This document shows positions 61,706 through 64,000 of a stretch of 64,000 bases of DNA, one piece after another; position 1 is the stretch's first letter, and every line of letters starts with the position of its first letter. This DNA is from Octopus sinensis (taxonomy: Eukaryota). The DNA lies in NCBI RefSeq assembly GCF_006345805.1, contig NC_043011.1, positions 50,232,464 through 50,296,463 on the forward strand, given 5' to 3'. The position numbers and the translations under genes are program-made. Under the pieces are notes generated by a model. That model did not search any database and was not told the origin of the DNA. It was given only the letters and a program-made list of their open reading frames with translations.

Positions 61706-62167
61706 CATAGATATAAATTTCTATGTGTACACAGATATAATACTATGTATAAAATATGCACTTATGTATGTACGTAAAGGTATCTATCTATCTGTCAATC
61801 TGTCTGTCTGTCTCTCTCTCTATATATATATACATATATACATATATACAAATATACATAATACACACACACACATACAGACATATATATATATAGGCTG
61901 ATGGATGTAGAGGTGAATGTAATAAGAGAACGTGGCCTTCTCGTTAGATTATAAAGCTATAGTTTTGATTCTCACCCATACTGTCACATTCTACAAATAC
62001 ATATCTCTGTAACATTATTCTGAGAAACTCTTTTTATTTATGCAGGATTTTGTGGACAATTTCTTGATTTGGGGAATTAATCGTCATTCTATGAACTGGT
62101 AACGGAGTAAACCAATTTGAGTGTTACTGGCAAAATGAATTTATATGTATATATGTATAAATACGGG

Positions 62168-62226
<59 letters not shown>

Positions 62227-62436
62227 GTATGTATGTATGTATATGTATGTATATATATGTATGCATGTATGTATATGTATGTATATATATGTATATATAT
62301 GTATGTATATGAATATATGTATATATGGATACGTATGTATGTACGTGTTTTGTGTGCGTCCGTATGTTATTCATGAATATATGCAAAGATGTGTGTATGT
62401 ATGTGTGTATGTATCCATATGTCTATTCATCTATGT

Positions 62437-62500
<64 letters not shown>

Positions 62501-62554
62501 TATATATATATATAGATATATATGTATGTATAGAAATTAATATAATTAATAAAT

Positions 62555-62780
62555 TACAAAGTGGGACAAGAACGCAAAACACACAAGAGATGACACAAAA
62601 AACAGACGGGTCACTCGAAGCCTCTAATCTTCAGTCGGAACCGGATCATCTTAGCAATTTCGGCTGTTTAATCTCGATATCGCTCCGATCCGGCCAGCCA
62701 CAAAGAAAAACTAAGCCACGGGCATTATATTTCTTGGAAAGAGGATCGAATGTATACGAAACAAGGACAGGATGCCACAT
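62555..62780. mobile_element. Unclassified interspersed repeat F2, second copy
   Basis: Aligns with 27272-27545. Confidence 0.75.
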
Positions 62781-63586
62781 ATATATATATATATTTATAT
62801 ATATATATATATTATGTGTTGTGTGTGTGTGTATATATATATATATGTATGTATGTATGTATGTATATAATATTAAAGAAGAGGAAAACAAAATCGAAGC
62901 AGGACGAGCTTATCAATTCATTTAAATTCTTTTAATGGTGGATCGAAGTCAGCTAACATGAATAAATAAATAAATAAGACATTAGTATTTGTGTCTACTT
63001 CAACCCCAACCCACGTTTTGAACTTGGAACTTAGTAACTTATTAATTGGAACACTCAGACCGCTTGCCTATTTCTTTAAATCACCAGTCACCTAAACTCT
63101 TCCTATAACACACATATATACACACACACATACACACACCTACGCTGTATATATATATATATATCGTACAATTTTGTGTTGGAAACAAAACTAGTATAGA
63201 TTTACTAGAATTTCTCCATTCCCCGAACTTATCAATATATAATCACATAATTAGCACTGATCATTGCTAAACCATAAGTTGCATAGTTCTAGACATCATA
63301 GTGAAACCTTCATCAAATTCGCTACATGAAACTTAAATGAATAACATAGGTTGTTTAATAGTATCATCCGATCTAGTATCATCCGATTTATATCAACATT
63401 GCGAGACGCGTACATACTTAATGCTAACTAACTCTCTTTACAAAGATCTTATTGGATTGCACTACTCTATTACACTAACTTTATAAATTACTAATACACG
63501 TACATATATACAAACATACCTATATATCAATATACATAACTACACACACACATACACACACACACAAATACACACACACACACATA

Positions 63587-64000
63587 TACTCTTTTACTCT
63601 TTTACTTGTTTCAGTCATTTGACTGCGGCCATGCTGGAGCACCGCCTTTAATCGAGCAACTCGACCCCGGGACTTATTCTTTTGGAAGCCCAGTACTTAT
63701 TCTATCGGTCTCTTTTTGCCGAACCGCTAAGTATAAGTAACGGGGACATAAACACACCAGCATCAGTTGTCAAAAATGCTAGGGGGACAAACACAGACAC
63801 ACAAACACACACACACACACACACACACCACACACACATATATATATATTATTATACATATATACACGGGCTTCTTCAGTTTCGTCTACCAAATCCACAC
63901 ACAAGGCCCTGGTCGGGCCCGGAGCTATAGTAGAAGACACTTGCGCAAGGTGCCACGCAGTGGGACTGAACCCGGAACCATGTGGTTGGTTAGCAAGCTA
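63587..64000 (-). mobile_element. SINE family A, runs off window end
   Basis: Reverse complement of consensus. Confidence 0.92.

Overview
AT-rich, repeat-saturated animal genomic DNA, most likely an octopus (coleoid cephalopod). That assignment is my inference from the tRNA-derived SINE families and the dense (TA)n/(TACA)n/(AAT)n microsatellites. No intact host gene, rRNA, true tRNA or CRISPR array can be supported. Nearly all long ORFs in the supplied track are microsatellite or SINE read-through. Recognisable content: about 35 SINE copies from 4-5 families; decayed non-LTR retrotransposons (L1/Tx1-like endonuclease, two R4/Dong-like 3' ends inside AAT repeats, an RTE fragment, a retroposon carrying three C2H2 zinc fingers); three Penelope-like element remnants (RT and/or GIY-YIG); a decayed Tc1/mariner transposon; a non-autonomous Helitron; and five MITE/foldback elements. 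The least expected signal is about a dozen hammerhead-ribozyme-like motifs, found by eye and tied to Penelope-like elements and their derived repeats. They include one with a fully intact core (49343-49428, minus), a recurring long-stem-II architecture, a three-copy family with a CUGU instead of CUGA core, a back-to-back inverted twin (12071-12336), and a 4.2-kb segment bounded by ~0.4-kb inverted repeats that each end in such a motif. Also notable are SINE concatemers inserted as single units, long dsRNA-forming foldbacks, and several weak candidate exons of an unidentified host gene. All folds and alignments were done by hand and need computational confirmation.
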